A DNA stretch of 64,000 bases from Calditrichia bacterium (GCA_963796965.1 CAWCNS010000005.1:352001-416000), one strand, 5' to 3'. Shown: positions 30,283 to 42,691, counted from the stretch's first letter. Numbers and translations: made by a program. Notes: generated by a model from the sequence alone, not told the origin.

Positions 30283-32859
30283 TTATTCCTCAATAATATA
30301 ATACTTATACTTATGATTGCGGACTCTTTCCTCAGGGAGACGGAAGGAGAACTCCCAGGCTCCTTTATTCTGATCTAGCTTGAGCAGCATATCATTTCTG
30401 CCCTTTTTCAGGTGAAGTAAAAGTTTATCTTCATCCAGGATCAGGCTTCTTTTGGCAAATTTTTTATAGACACGTTTGCCGTTGAGATAGATCTGAATAC
30501 CATCATTACTGCCAAAACTGGCCTTTACTTTCTGATCAGAAGGACTGTATATGCGACAGAAGGCGTAGGCTATTGCCCGGTCTGTCTTTTCATAAATCGT
30601 AGAAAAATCTATTTTTGCATTAAGGGGCGATGCATATTTAATCCAGGGTTTATTCCCTTCTGTTTCAGATTCAAAGGCATCACCCGGAACCGGGCTTGCT
30701 TTTGATTCGCCCCCGATAGGTTTTAAATAATCAATTTCCCTTCCTGCCCAGCCATCGTTTGGAAATGGGCCGCAGAGCAACCAATATTGAAAATACTTCC
30801 CTCCCTGCTCACTAATATCAAGACGAATCTCATTGGGTGGGAATAAATACTCACCATTGGCAAACAAGTCCAGGGAATGGTTAAGCAATTTTTCAGCATG
30901 GTTATAGTCCGCAATTTTCTGATCAAACTGATCCATCAAATGATCAAGCCAATATTGTTTACTCTCCATGAGCCATAATTCGGCATATAGTTTCTTTAAA
31001 CTTTCAAGCCTTACACGACACGAAATCAACAGATCTAATGCTTCATTCCCATCTAAAAGGGCCTGGCTTTTTGAGCTCTTCTGTACAAGACAGGCATTTC
31101 TGTATTTCTCTGCTGCTTTAACCAGATCAAAACGGCTCTGTGACATATAATCATATTCATTTATAATAAGCTGGAGATAAACTAAGTCTTCTGTGTATAA
31201 TTTAGCATCTGCGGAGGATAATAATTTATCTGCTTCCTTAACGATTGATTTCACTACCTCCCAATCCGATCCGTCCAATTGAAGGCTCTTACCTCTATCC
31301 GGGATAATCTGCTTCCACAAGACCAGGTCATTCATCTCGAAAGTCTCTACAAGATCAGTAATTGGGATTAAAGTCTGAAAGGCTTCTGATATAGCACCAT
31401 TTAAATTGCCATAGATACCCCGATCAAATCTTACATTATACTCAGATATCTCATCATCATTTAAATGCCAGCTTTGATCGGCAGCATAGGCTACACCATA
31501 CCAGTCCAGTGGAAAAAAAGCATTGCCCCCATCATCCCATACCGTGCATAACATGCCACTTGTACCACCCTCAGTGGCTGCCCGGGTGAAATTTTTGATA
31601 TTGAGCATGGTCATCCGATAATCAGGAATAAGCCGATTTGAGTTTAGAACACCACAACTAAACATGAAGTCAAATCCGGCCTCCTTGAAGGGTCTATATA
31701 ATTCCACGAATGGATCATTTGCACCATAGGTCCAGGCACCCATCATAATATCCTTTGGAAGCATATCCAGAATTTCCGGATGTGATAAGATAATATCTCC
31801 CCAAACCATGGTTCGTTTATTGAGTTTTGTTATTTCCTTGTAAATTCTGAGGATATGATCTGCATATACCCGGCCGATGCCAAGGCTATCCACATATTTT
31901 TTTGACTCACCCCGCCCCAAATCCCAGGTTTCATCACAATTGACATTAAAAAACTCAGAAGTAAAAACCGGTGCCATTTCGGCATAAACATCAGCCAGCA
32001 GTTGAAAACTTTCCATTCTGATTGGTGAAAGCATTCTGTCAGTTTCGCCCAATGGACGATATTGGGGATAGGATAAGATCTTCTCAAAGTGACCAAGCGA
32101 TTGAAAATTGGCGACAACTTCCATATGATACCTTGTTGCATATTCGCTTAATTCTTTCCAATCTTCAATACTTACCCCACCTCCTGCAGGTGAAAAATCT
32201 CCATGGCTTTTTGTTTTCACAACATGTTCTATGTAATAACTGAGCCCATTTATTTTTAATTCGGATAAACGACGGACCTGGGATTTCATAAAATCCAGGG
32301 TTGGAATTGGTCCGCGACTTATATCATCCTGAACAGCACGGAAATCCAGATCTGGCCAGTCTACAATTCTCATGCAGGGTATTTCACCTTTGTTTTCCGA
32401 TCCTCTTATAATTTGTTTTAGTGATTGGATTCCATAAAAAATACCTGATTTTGTGTTAGCCGCAACAATAATCTTCTCTGGCCCAATATCCAGGACATAA
32501 CCCTCATCTCCGATGCGATTTTCGGGCCAAAGCCTCTTTTGCTGGCATATCTCCCGAAAGGCTTCATCCTCAGCCAGTATCCCAAGATGCAGTACCTTGT
32601 CTTTTTGGCCATCAATTACCAGTTGGGGGCCATTAAAGCGACGCATTTCAGCCATCAATTGATTAATACCTAGCATAACTCCGATGGTGTCGTTAGTCGC
32701 TATGATAATACCAATCGAATTATCAAACTTAAAACTATCTGATTGATTTGATACTTCTTTTGGTTTTGGGACAATAAACACTTCCCCCACTACCTGAGCT
32801 GCACTGCCGAGAATAAATATAAAGAGTATCAGGTTTTTTACTAACCTTTCTCTTGTCAT
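30283..32859 (-). CDS. GH20-like beta-N-acetylhexosaminidase with C-terminal beta-sandwich domain
   Basis: IVPKPK, DEGYVL, G.FYG.QSL.Q, IVDWPD..FRA, DISRG and NCDET (DE pair) motifs, C-terminal WLLCGPF...GSNDG. Confidence 0.8.
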   Translation of the reverse strand: MTRERLVKNLILFIFILGSAAQVVGEVFIVPKPKEVSNQSDSFKFDNSIGIIIATNDTIGVMLGINQLMAEMRRFNGPQLVIDGQKDKVLHLGILAEDEAFREICQQKRLWPENRIGDEGYVLDIGPEKIIVAANTKSGIFYGIQSLKQIIRGSENKGEIPCMRIVDWPDLDFRAVQDDISRGPIPTLDFMKSQVRRLSELKINGLSYYIEHVVKTKSHGDFSPAGGGVSIEDWKELSEYATRYHMEVVANFQSLGHFEKILSYPQYRPLGETDRMLSPIRMESFQLLADVYAEMAPVFTSEFFNVNCDETWDLGRGESKKYVDSLGIGRVYADHILRIYKEITKLNKRTMVWGDIILSHPEILDMLPKDIMMGAWTYGANDPFVELYRPFKEAGFDFMFSCGVLNSNRLIPDYRMTMLNIKNFTRAATEGGTSGMLCTVWDDGGNAFFPLDWYGVAYAADQSWHLNDDEISEYNVRFDRGIYGNLNGAISEAFQTLIPITDLVETFEMNDLVLWKQIIPDRGKSLQLDGSDWEVVKSIVKEADKLLSSADAKLYTEDLVYLQLIINEYDYMSQSRFDLVKAAEKYRNACLVQKSSKSQALLDGNEALDLLISCRVRLESLKKLYAELWLMESKQYWLDHLMDQFDQKIADYNHAEKLLNHSLDLFANGEYLFPPNEIRLDISEQGGKYFQYWLLCGPFPNDGWAGREIDYLKPIGGESKASPVPGDAFESETEGNKPWIKYASPLNAKIDFSTIYEKTDRAIAYAFCRIYSPSDQKVKASFGSNDGIQIYLNGKRVYKKFAKRSLILDEDKLLLHLKKGRNDMLLKLDQNKGAWEFSFRLPEERVRNHKYKYYIIEE

Positions 32860-32861
32860 GA

Positions 32862-34477
32862 TTAGTCCTTTTGTTCCTTGAAAAAATTGCCTTTAAGATG
32901 GACAGTTTTTGGAGATAATCCTTCTGTCAGATTTATAGCGGTGTTTGCCTGCCTGAAATCATTACCGGAAAGATAGATATCCTCGGACAAACCCTCTACC
33001 TGTAAAAAAATATTGACGGGATTCAGAGCCCGTGAAGATGAAATGAAGGCATTTTTTATATTCCGAAACTGAAACAAGGGTGCTCCCTGGACAGATCCTT
33101 CACCCTTTATGTCAATAAGATCTAAGCCATCCACATCATCACATATAAGTGCCGAGCGCCCATCCTCTTCCTCAAATGAGAGATCAATATTTGACAAATG
33201 GACGTTTTTTGCGTGTCTTATAAAGAAACCATAAGAAGGCAAGGTCCCGAACATTGTACTCTCGGGATATTTCTCCCGCTCCTCGCCTACAGACCATGGC
33301 GCCGTATTCATTTTTACACCCCCCTTAAATTTTATCCTGATATTGTTTAAGGATATATTCTCAACGGGGTGATCCGGAAGGCCTGTAATTGAACAGCCAA
33401 TGCTGTCAACATTGGTAGCAATAATATTGCTGATTGAAACATTTTTATAGGTTCCAACGGACGGTCGCGGTATTCCTTCTTTGTATAATCGTCCCCGATC
33501 ACCAAGGCGAAGGTAAATGGGCACTTTCGGGCCATCGATCCTGATATTCGATATCATGACACCATTGAGAATTCCACCGTCCACACATCCTAATGTAATT
33601 CCACTGATCCCATTTTTAAAACCATATATTTTGTCGGGACTCGTTGAGGGCTTTACGACACAATTGCTTATGGTAATATTTTCAAATCCACCATGTGATT
33701 CTGTTCCGAGCTTTATGGCGTTACAATGACTGCTAAGCACACAGTTTGTAACCGTAATATTTTTTGAAATATAGTTGGATGTGCTTTTTATGGTCAGGGC
33801 ATCATCATCGGTATCCCCGATACAATCAGATACAAGCACATTGGAGCAGCCATCAATATCGATCATATCATTATTTCGATTGCAATGATTATAAACTGTT
33901 ATACCCCTAATAAACAAACCGTCACAGGCAAGATAATGCTGCATCCACATCGCAGAGTTTTGAAGACGGATATTCTCTAAATGAATGTTTTTTGAATTGA
34001 TCATACGGATGAGATAAGGTCTGTCCTGGTAGCGTTCGGATCTCTTGCTCTTGACTTTAAAGGCTTTTCCCTGCCCATCAATAATACCATGCCCGGTGAT
34101 GCCGACATTTTCCACGTCTTCCGCATAGATCAAACTTTGATTTACATATTGGTCGGTATAAGATCGTATTTTGGGGATTTTTTTAATGTAATCCTTTATA
34201 TTTGTACTGGCCAGCAGAATAGCACCCTGGGAAATCTCAAGGGTAACATTACTTTTTAGAATTATAGTGCCCGAAAGATAAGTTCCAGGCGGAAAATAAA
34301 CAATTCCTCCGGTTTTATTGCATTCATCAATACTTTCCTGAATCGCTTTGGTATCCAGGGTAATCCCATCACCTTCCGCCCCATATTCACGCACATCGTA
34401 AATACCATTTTCATGGGCCCGGACACCAATGGCTAGATAAAGATGATCATGAACCCGATAGTATAATATACTTTCAT
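32862..34477 (-). CDS. GH28 polygalacturonase-family glycoside hydrolase, frameshift in signal peptide near 34438
   Basis: YGAEGDG.T.DT.AIQ, PPGTYLSG, NNDMIDID, DDA and AIKLGTES motifs. The ATG at 34477 is in frame if one T is added. Confidence 0.85.
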
Positions 34478-34494
34478 GTTTAACCCCTCTTAGT

Positions 34495-34548
34495 GAATTG
34501 ATAATTTAAAATTGAAGATTGAATATTGAATGTTGGATATTGAATATT
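34495..34548. repeat. TTGAATA heptamer array
   Basis: aattgaagattgaatattgaatgttggatattgaatatt, abutting the stop at 34549. Confidence 0.7.
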
Positions 34549-35457
34549 TTATCTGGCATTCCATCTATTTTTTACAAATTCCAGGGATAGTTTATACGCT
34601 TCATCTAAATCTTCCACATCCGATTCATCGCCTCCTATATCCAGCCCAAGATATCCGTTAAAATTGATTCTTTTTAACGTTTGAAAAAAGTCATCCCAGC
34701 GAATATTACCTTCACCCAATCCCAGATGTTCCAAGTTTTAATACCGCGATTATCTGATAGGTGAATATAATCCAGATGATCTTTCAGACGGAGTAAAGCG
34801 AGGGCCAAATTATCTTTCATGAGGAACTGATTGGCTGTATCCAGATGTAAATTTCAAATTTTTTCTGCCAACGGCCTCATAAAAATGCAAAAATCCTTCG
34901 GCTGTGGCTGATAAGGTTCCTAAACTGGGATGTAACTGATAGGTTAATCCATAGTCTGCAGCGATATCGCAGAGTTGTTGAAAGGTTTTTACAAGACCTT
35001 CCCAGTAAATATTCCAGGCCAAATTATCCGGAAAGCGGGCTTTCATCATCACCTCCCCGTCATAATGACGGGTTACCGGGATTTCCGAAGGAAATTGATA
35101 GGGGGGAATGGGGGCATTATCCAGTAGCCCTTTTGAGCCAAGATGCGCAGCCGTTTTGCATCCTTTTTCAAATAAGGTGATGTTCTTATCCCTTTCCTCT
35201 TTATCTGCAGATGAAAGACCTGGTAAAACGGCACAGAAATAAGGAACCGTCATCTTAAATTCATCAAGTTTATCTTTAATTTGATGACGAAGATCGAAGA
35301 CTTCCGATAAATGCTGTTCGCGTATGCCCTCGAGTTCTATCGTGGAGAATCCAAGATCACGCATTTCTTCAATATATTTAATGGTGTCTTTTGCGGGTGG
35401 AGGATATCCATATTTTGTAATTGGATAGAGATAGCAACAGACTAGTTTTTCCATCAT
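34549..35457 (-). CDS. Sugar-phosphate isomerase/epimerase TIM-barrel (xylose-isomerase-like), two frameshifts
   Basis: LGFSTIELEG, restored DTAN, YIHLSDN and EHLGLGEGNIRW motifs, ORFs 34810-35457 and 34549-34734. Confidence 0.75.
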
Positions 35458-36687
35458 AATAAGCCTTCTATACCTATAATTCCTGTGATAGCCATCAAGA
35501 CTGTAAATAAAAAAATGAAACCTATAATAAAATTCATTCCTGCAGAAGTTTTATGTTCAGCCATGATATCTTCCCGTCTCTGCATCAACAACATCAATAG
35601 GACAATTACCGGCGTTGCGATGGCAGCAAATACCTGGGAGATAATCATGGTCAAGACCGGCCTGCCCCCAAAAAGGGGTATGACCAATCCCAGACTGACC
35701 GTAAAAAGAGCGATTCCCCGATTGAGCGGTTTTTTCATATCCCGTGGTTTGTTAAAGAGATCAGCTAACAACCAGGGGGCCAGCAATGAGATGAGGAAAG
35801 AGAGAGGAGAGACCCGCGCTTACGATTCCTGTAACAAAAAGGGAGACGGCAAAACGACCGGCTAAAGGTTCCAGTAGTTTTACCATATCAATGGCGCTGT
35901 TAACCTCCAGACCCAGCGGATACATGGTGCCGGCTGCGCAGGCCATGATGGCAGCAGAAAGAAAAAACATCATGCTTGCTGAAATAAAGGCATCTCTTTT
36001 TTCTAACCTGAGATCCTCGACACCCCAGCCCTTCTCCTGTACAAGAACAGACCTGACCAGATAAAGCACCCCGCCCATGGTTGTACCAACCATTCCGGCA
36101 ATCAATAAAGCCGCATTTGATTCCTGAGGAATACTGGGCACCATTCCCTTTATTACTTCCCACGGATCCGGGATAACCATAAACATAGTCAGGATAAAAC
36201 TCAATCCCATCAGGCCAACAAAGATCATCAGAATATTTTCAAAAAAACGGTGTGAGCCCCTCCAGAAAAGATAGTAGATGATACTACCAAATAGCAGCGT
36301 CGTCCAGAGCATGTCAATGCCTGTCCCGGATGGCGTTAAAGGTCTTGACCATTCCTGAACGGCCTCTGTAACAACGCCCATAACACCCATAAAGGCAACC
36401 CATTCACTGAAAACGACGGAGATAAGCACAAAAGCGGCGATCGTAAATCCATAATGTTTTCTAAAACTGAATAGTGCTGTTCTTCCTGTTACCGCAGTAA
36501 AACGACCAAAAAAGACAATCAGAATATAGGTAAACACACAAGAAAGCAATAGGGGCCAGATAAGTGTCATGCCATATTTTGCACCGGTTGATGCCGCAGT
36601 GGTGACACTGCCGGTACCAATATTGTATCCAATAAGGAAAATACCAGGGGCAATCGAAACAAAAAAGAGGGATATTTTTTTTAACAT
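35454..36687 (-). CDS. NRAMP-fold permease lacking DPGN, frameshifted near 35790
   Basis: APGIFLIGYNIGTGSVTT motif, paralog of 27371-28630, ATG at 36687 with AGGAG upstream. Confidence 0.8.
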
Positions 36688-36736
36688 ATAACTCCTAAAT
36701 ATTGGGAAAACCAATTCGATAATTGGGAATCAAATT

Positions 36737-37090
36737 ATCCGCGAATCACACGAATTCTTACGGACTTCACAAATTATTATTTTCATTTTTTATCACAACT
36801 AATGTAGCCGAAAATTGAATAATCCGTATTGAATATACAGATGGCGATCTACATAGGGCAGACACTCGGGTCTGCCCCTACGAATACTGTCCAATAAGGA
36901 CAGGGTCTGTGAATCGGATCATCCTACCTTAACCTTGAGATTTCTCTGTTGGATATTGGATATTTAATTTAACAATATCTATAGTTCGGTCGATTCACCG
37001 GTTGAAAATCCCGATTCTATTGGTAGATCGCCCCTAAAATATATCATTTGAATATTGAATATTCCGTGTTGAATATTGAATATTCAATTT
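36737..37090. repeat. Compound repeat gap: periodic half-arm, GTAG-type REP hairpins, AATATTC heptamers
   Basis: ccgcgaatcacacgaattcttacggacttcacaaatt, gggcagacactcgggtctgcccctac (36856-36881), ggcgatctac/gtagatcgcc (36843/37023), ttgaatattgaatattccgtgttgaatattgaatatt. Confidence 0.75.
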
Positions 37091-38623
37091 ATCAACACGA
37101 ATCTCATCACCTACCGATTCTTGCCAGGTATGGATTTTTGCTGTCAACTGGCTGATGACCGTCTGGTATTCTGTCATGTAGAACAAATTCTTTGTTTCAA
37201 ATGGATCATTTTTCAAATTAAATAATTGGCTTTTATCCCCTTTGCATAGACTCAATTTCCAACCATCAGTGGAAACAATCGTTCTTATGGAAGCATTGGC
37301 AATTTCTCTAATTTTATCTAGCCCATATATCTTTGATAATTCTGGTGGAACAGTAAACCCTGAACCCGGATTCCATTGAATAAAAACGTCTTCCGGTTCT
37401 TTCTGCTCCCCCTTCAACCGCGGTATAAGGCTTTTTCCGGGAAGACCGACATGGGCATTACTATTCATAGCATCCAACAATGTTGGCACCAGATCAATAT
37501 GACTGACCGCATTTTTCACAGGAACTTGTTTTGTATGTTGTTTTGGAATTCGCATTAACCAGGGTACTTTTGCGGATTCTTCATACATTACGGTTTTGGC
37601 TAACAACCGGTGCGAACCCATCATATCGCCATGATCGCTGGTATAAACAACAATAGTATTTTCTGCCAACCCAAGATTTTCAAGACTATTTAGAATGCCA
37701 CCAACACTATGATCAACCTGGGTTACCAGACCCCAATAATTTGCGATCATTCTACGCCAGTCAGTTTCTGTTTTAAGAGGCAAATCATGAAATCCACCTT
37801 CATAATATCTCTGCTGAAAGAGGCGATAACGAAGTGGATCATTTTCACCTGGAATATTATCGAAGTTAGGTGGAAGGTCAATTTCAGCCGGATTATGTTC
37901 ATCATCAAGCGGGCCGTAAAAAGGCATATGCGGCTCCAGGAAATTGACATAAAGCATAAACGGTTCATTTCGATGACGTTTCAGGAAATCAATTGATTCT
38001 CGCTCAAGGTATTTGGGTTTGCAATGTTCTAGTGGCCGGCGGGCAGCAAACCCACGGCTAAAATTATTTCCACGGGTATCGGGTTCATAACCCAAATCTT
38101 TCAAAAAATGCCAGTAATCACTTTTTGTTTCTTTATTCCTCTCCGAACTATAATATTTACTATAGCCATCCTCAATACTTTTCCATTCCTCAAACCCATG
38201 CTGGGCAAAGATTTCATTTCCCAGGTGCCATTTCCCAAAATATCCTGTCCGATAATCGGGATCATCAATAATTTCCGGGAGACATTTCACATCCTCCGGT
38301 AAGGGAATATTGTTAGAAACACATGTGTTTTGATGCGGCCAAAGTCCCGTCATAGCGGTTGATCTTGACGGTGTGCAGACCGGTTGACTTACATAGGAAT
38401 TTTGAAAAACCACACTTTGATCTGCTAACTTATTCAAATTTGGAGCATGGATTTTATTGTTTCCGTAAGCCTTCATGGTATCAGGTCTTTGTTCATCTGT
38501 CCACAAAAACAGCAAATTAGGTTTTCGTGGTTTTTTACTACAACCGATAATATTCACACCTAAAGCAGCTGTAGAAGTGGTTTTGATAAATTTTCGGCGG
38601 GTAAAATTGTTTATTGTCTTCAT
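37034..38623 (-). CDS. S1 sulfatase (Cys-type), Tat-like signal
   Basis: FTRRKF, PNLLFLWTDEQR, CTPSR, GKWH and SDHG motifs. Confidence 0.93.
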   Translation of the reverse strand: MKTINNFTRRKFIKTTSTAALGVNIIGCSKKPRKPNLLFLWTDEQRPDTMKAYGNNKIHAPNLNKLADQSVVFQNSYVSQPVCTPSRSTAMTGLWPHQNTCVSNNIPLPEDVKCLPEIIDDPDYRTGYFGKWHLGNEIFAQHGFEEWKSIEDGYSKYYSSERNKETKSDYWHFLKDLGYEPDTRGNNFSRGFAARRPLEHCKPKYLERESIDFLKRHRNEPFMLYVNFLEPHMPFYGPLDDEHNPAEIDLPPNFDNIPGENDPLRYRLFQQRYYEGGFHDLPLKTETDWRRMIANYWGLVTQVDHSVGGILNSLENLGLAENTIVVYTSDHGDMMGSHRLLAKTVMYEESAKVPWLMRIPKQHTKQVPVKNAVSHIDLVPTLLDAMNSNAHVGLPGKSLIPRLKGEQKEPEDVFIQWNPGSGFTVPPELSKIYGLDKIREIANASIRTIVSTDGWKLSLCKGDKSQLFNLKNDPFETKNLFYMTEYQTVISQLTAKIHTWQESVGDEIRVDKLNIQYSTRNIQYSNDIF

Positions 38624-38675
38624 ATTTCAATCCATATGTTATTGTAAAAATTTTCCACGATTTTTATTAAGCAAT

Positions 38676-38784
38676 CACCTCCCCCTCTTTCCCCCTCCTT
38701 ACTAAGGAGGGGGATTAAGGGGGAGGTTATATATATTTAAATAAATCTTTCCTCTGCGCCTTTGCACCTCTGCGAGAGGAAAAT
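38676..38784. repeat. CCCCTCCTT..AAGGAGGGG double hairpin plus periodic half-arm
   Basis: acctccccctctttccccctccttactaaggagggggattaagggggaggt and cctctgcgcctttgcacctctgcgagag. Confidence 0.8.
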
Positions 38785-38804
38785 AGTGTATTCAATAAGC
38801 ATAA

Positions 38805-40413
38805 TCATTTATCCAATTGAGCCGGAATCCCCACCCTCTCCGCCCACGTATGATAGAGTAATTCCAATTCCTTCACTTTTTCAGGATATTTCCCGGATAA
38901 ATCCTGTGTTTCTACACGGTCCGTTTTCAGATTGTATAATTCCCAGGGATCGTTGTCAGAATTCGTGACTAATTTCCAGTCCCCTTGCCGGACAGCATGG
39001 TTTTTTCCAGGCGAAATTTGCCAGTATAACAGTGCCTCATGTCCCTTACGCTGTGATCCCTTGAAAACAGGTTACAGGCTTTTGCCTTCCAAGGGTAGAT
39101 ACATTTCGTCCTTTATATGACGAAGGATACGCCGCACCCGTGATATCGACAAATGTTGCCATTATATCAATAATGTGTCCAACTTGATCAGTAAATTTGC
39201 CTGCCTGCTTAATTACCCTGGGCCAATAGGCTATAAAAGGCGTACAAATACCCCCTTCATGATCCCATACTTTATATTTTCGAAAAGGCGTATTACTGGC
39301 ATTGGCCCATGGCGGATCAACGGAGCGGTAAGACTCAACCGGTCCCGCTGGAATATCAGGTGTATAATTGGCTTCTCCGGCACAACCGCCATTATCTGAA
39401 AGAAAGAGTATCAAAGTATTATCTTCTTCATCCATCTTTTGGATTTTTGCCAATATCCGGCCAATATTTTGATCAACACGATCTATCATTGCGGCATAAA
39501 CGGACATGGTCAGATCCCAGGCGTCTTTATCTTTGATATCATTCCAGGCGGGAACCAATTCATCTCTCTCAGGAAGTACCAGATCCTGCTCAAGAACACC
39601 GATCTCCTTCATACGCTTGAATCGTTCCCGGCGTAATTTATCCCAACCAATCATATATTTACCCCGATATTTCGAAATATCATCGGGCAGGGCATGTAGG
39701 GGATAATGGGGAGCTGTATAGGCCAGATAAAGAAAAAATGGTTTATCTTCACTTTTATATTCTTCAAGATATTGCAATGCATAATCCGTAAAAGCATCCG
39801 TGGTGTAAAAGTTTTCATCTGTAACGACATAGGGTTGGTATTCCTTATCATCCACAGCCCAGCGACGTGGATAACCATAAGAAGTGAGTTTTCTTCCCGG
39901 TTCAGGCTCTCCGGGACGGCGAGGTCCGGGATTAAAAAAATTACAGCATCCATCGCATAAACCAAAATAGCGATCAAATCCTCTTTCCACCGGAATCTGT
40001 TGGGCATGCCATTTACCTGTCATGTATGTGCGATAGCCTGCTGTTTGGAGGAGTTCTCCGAGGGTAATACAATTCTCGTATGTCCGGGGCGAATTCCCAT
40101 ACACGCCCACCTGCTGTGAGTATAGTCCCGTCAGCAGCGAAGCTCGGGTGGGTACACAGATGGAATTATTATAAAACTGAGTAAATCGTATGCCCCCTGC
40201 AGCCAGGCGGTCGATGTTTGGTGTTTGAATTTCCCCACCATAGCATCCTATATCAGAATACCCCATATCATCAACCATAATTAAGATAATATTTGGCTTT
40301 TCATTTTGCACTTCAGTTTCCGTAGTACAACTGGAAAGCAGAAGACAGAAGACAATGACCAGACAGAATGATTTTGTGAAATTTCTTCTGTTCACTTTTC
40401 TGTTTGAGTCCAT
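38805..40413 (-). CDS. S1 arylsulfatase (Cys-type), disrupted near 39075-39100
   Basis: PNIILIMVDD, CVPTR, GKWH and SDNG motifs. The C-terminal AVRQGDWKLV...WELYNL..D..E continues in another frame to TGA at 38805, and that frame also shows a TAA near 39073. Confidence 0.88.
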
Positions 40414-40556
40414 TTATACTCCCACTCATAAATAGATATTACACATATTAACCACTGAGAACCGTATTAAGAATTCAGCACTGCGCTTAGCCCCCTGCGC
40501 TATGCTCCAAACTTCGTGATCTTCGTGGTAAGAACTATTCTCGTAGGGCTGAAGGA

Positions 40557-42458
40557 TCACAAATGCGATTCTCTATGCTCGATTCTTATTTGATACCTAA
40601 TCTTTTGAATAAGCACACCTTCCTTATAGGCAACATTTAATTCTATAGGATATGCCCTTACGGATGGATAAACTGAGAAATATTCTGATTGATTTTCACC
40701 TAGGGCTATATCCACATCCCCTTCAAGTACCTCAAAGATAAATACTTTTTTATCCGCAATGATCTTTACAGCATTTTCACTCTGCGCAATGATCTTCATT
40801 TCCTCATGCCAAATAATTGGTTCAACAATCGTAACCTGACGGGCTCCATCATGATAACGTAATGATACATCTTTTTCAAGAAAATCATCATAAATAGAAT
40901 GTGTTAACGTATAAGCAACGCCACCTGGTAAAAGGTTCTTATCAGATAATTCACCCTTCGATTTAACCATTGCAACAGCACCATTCACGTTTTCAGAAAC
41001 CTCCATCTGTACATCAAATTCATACAGGTTACTAAAATATCCATTTTCATTTTGAAATTCTATCCTGGGTGAGATACAACGCATACCACTTACATCCGGA
41101 AAACTCATGGGCTCCCATCTATGATAGGCCGTTTGACCACCCAATTGCAAAAAGCCATAGTCTTTCACCCAAAGGTTTGTGATAGAACCGCCAGCTGGCC
41201 GGTGCATATATTTGCTTTTATAGGTTTTCCGCAGGTCCTGATATCCATATCCGCTAATTGTCGTCATAAAATTTTTTGAACGTACCAGGGCTACATTCAT
41301 TGTCGGAAAGACTTTCACCCACCCCAACTCCTGCGTAGGCAACGCAGGAACAGGTCCTGATTTCTGATCGCCCCACTCTGCAGCCATGGCCAGATTTTTT
41401 GATCTGGCAAATGTTGGGTAAATACAAGGAGGGTGATTAAATATGGTGGCATAATCCGGACCATAAGTCAATAGGCCGTCTTTTATCATTGTTTTCAAAT
41501 AGGTCAAATTGCTTAGGGCAGCGGTTCTATAGCGAGGATCCTCTCCAGAAAAAAGACTAAAAAGAATCTGGCAACCATCGGCCGTTAGGCTTCCGTAGGT
41601 GGTCCACTTATTCGATCGTATCCCCCACGAGCCATCAATCGCACCATTTGGATAAACAAAATAAAGGTGATTCTTTAAAGACTTTCTCACCGCCTCTTCA
41701 ACATCTTTATCTCCACTTAGGCGGCCATAGATGGCCAATCCCCACAAAGACATATCTATCTCATATCCAACATCAGCCCCATATTTAGCACCATATGCCC
41801 TGCCACCTTCTGCATTAATAAATCCATCTTCATCCATATTAGAAAGGACCTGGTGGGCTAACATCCTCGATTTGAGATCATATTTTTTATCGGGAAAATA
41901 CTTATTTGTCAGAGCGAGAGAAGCCGTCGTTGTTGCACAATAATTGATACTGGCAAAATCGGGACTCATCTCAGCGGTAAGATAATCAGCAGCGCTGATA
42001 ATGGCTTTTTTCCAAGCCCGATTCTCATCATCACTCAGATTTTCCTTCAGCAGTTGCCTTGCCATCACCATCATCAATAGTTGGTCAGTCGTCGTTCCTG
42101 TCCATTCTTCCGGCGTCTCTTTCCATGAGCCATCATCTAACTGCTGTTTTATCAACCAGTTACCAAGACATTTAGCCGCATGCAAGTATTTCACGTCACC
42201 ACTGTTCTTATAGGCGACAGCAAAGGGATAAACGGTCTCCGCCGCTCGTGTATGTAAAACATTACAATTTTCACATCTTAGAGCCCCGTAGTTCTCATCC
42301 GCTTCATTATCGATTTGTAATTTATAGAGGGCATCAGTTAACTGATAGAGGGTGGTAAGGCATTCGTCTTTAATAGAACCTACTTCTGCGGTCTGATGGC
42401 AGGTGATAAAAAAAAGACTCAGACCGAGTGTCAGAACATACTTAATTGCTGTTTTCAT
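40557..42458 (-). CDS. Lipoprotein of unknown function, probable alpha/alpha toroid plus beta-sandwich (lyase/hydrolase-like architecture)
   Basis: Lipobox-like FITC, WL.KQQ..DGSW and helical-hairpin repeats. No family recognised. Confidence 0.5.
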   Translation of the reverse strand: MKTAIKYVLTLGLSLFFITCHQTAEVGSIKDECLTTLYQLTDALYKLQIDNEADENYGALRCENCNVLHTRAAETVYPFAVAYKNSGDVKYLHAAKCLGNWLIKQQLDDGSWKETPEEWTGTTTDQLLMMVMARQLLKENLSDDENRAWKKAIISAADYLTAEMSPDFASINYCATTTASLALTNKYFPDKKYDLKSRMLAHQVLSNMDEDGFINAEGGRAYGAKYGADVGYEIDMSLWGLAIYGRLSGDKDVEEAVRKSLKNHLYFVYPNGAIDGSWGIRSNKWTTYGSLTADGCQILFSLFSGEDPRYRTAALSNLTYLKTMIKDGLLTYGPDYATIFNHPPCIYPTFARSKNLAMAAEWGDQKSGPVPALPTQELGWVKVFPTMNVALVRSKNFMTTISGYGYQDLRKTYKSKYMHRPAGGSITNLWVKDYGFLQLGGQTAYHRWEPMSFPDVSGMRCISPRIEFQNENGYFSNLYEFDVQMEVSENVNGAVAMVKSKGELSDKNLLPGGVAYTLTHSIYDDFLEKDVSLRYHDGARQVTIVEPIIWHEEMKIIAQSENAVKIIADKKVFIFEVLEGDVDIALGENQSEYFSVYPSVRAYPIELNVAYKEGVLIQKIRYQIRIEHRESHL

Positions 42459-42691
42459 TTCTCAAAAGTCTTTTAAATTTAGAACGACCTGGTTATTAAT
42501 TTTTGTTATTTCTTTAATGCGATTTCCGGAATCGGTCGAAATAATAATCTCGCCAGATGGAGGGCTCCTACCTCATCCCGGTATATTGAAAAGGCCGAAA
42601 GCGCAGCGGCCTGATTGTTGGGATTTACTTCTATAATCAAATAATTATCTTCTATAGTTACCTTTTTGAGTATTAAATTTATCCATTCTGA

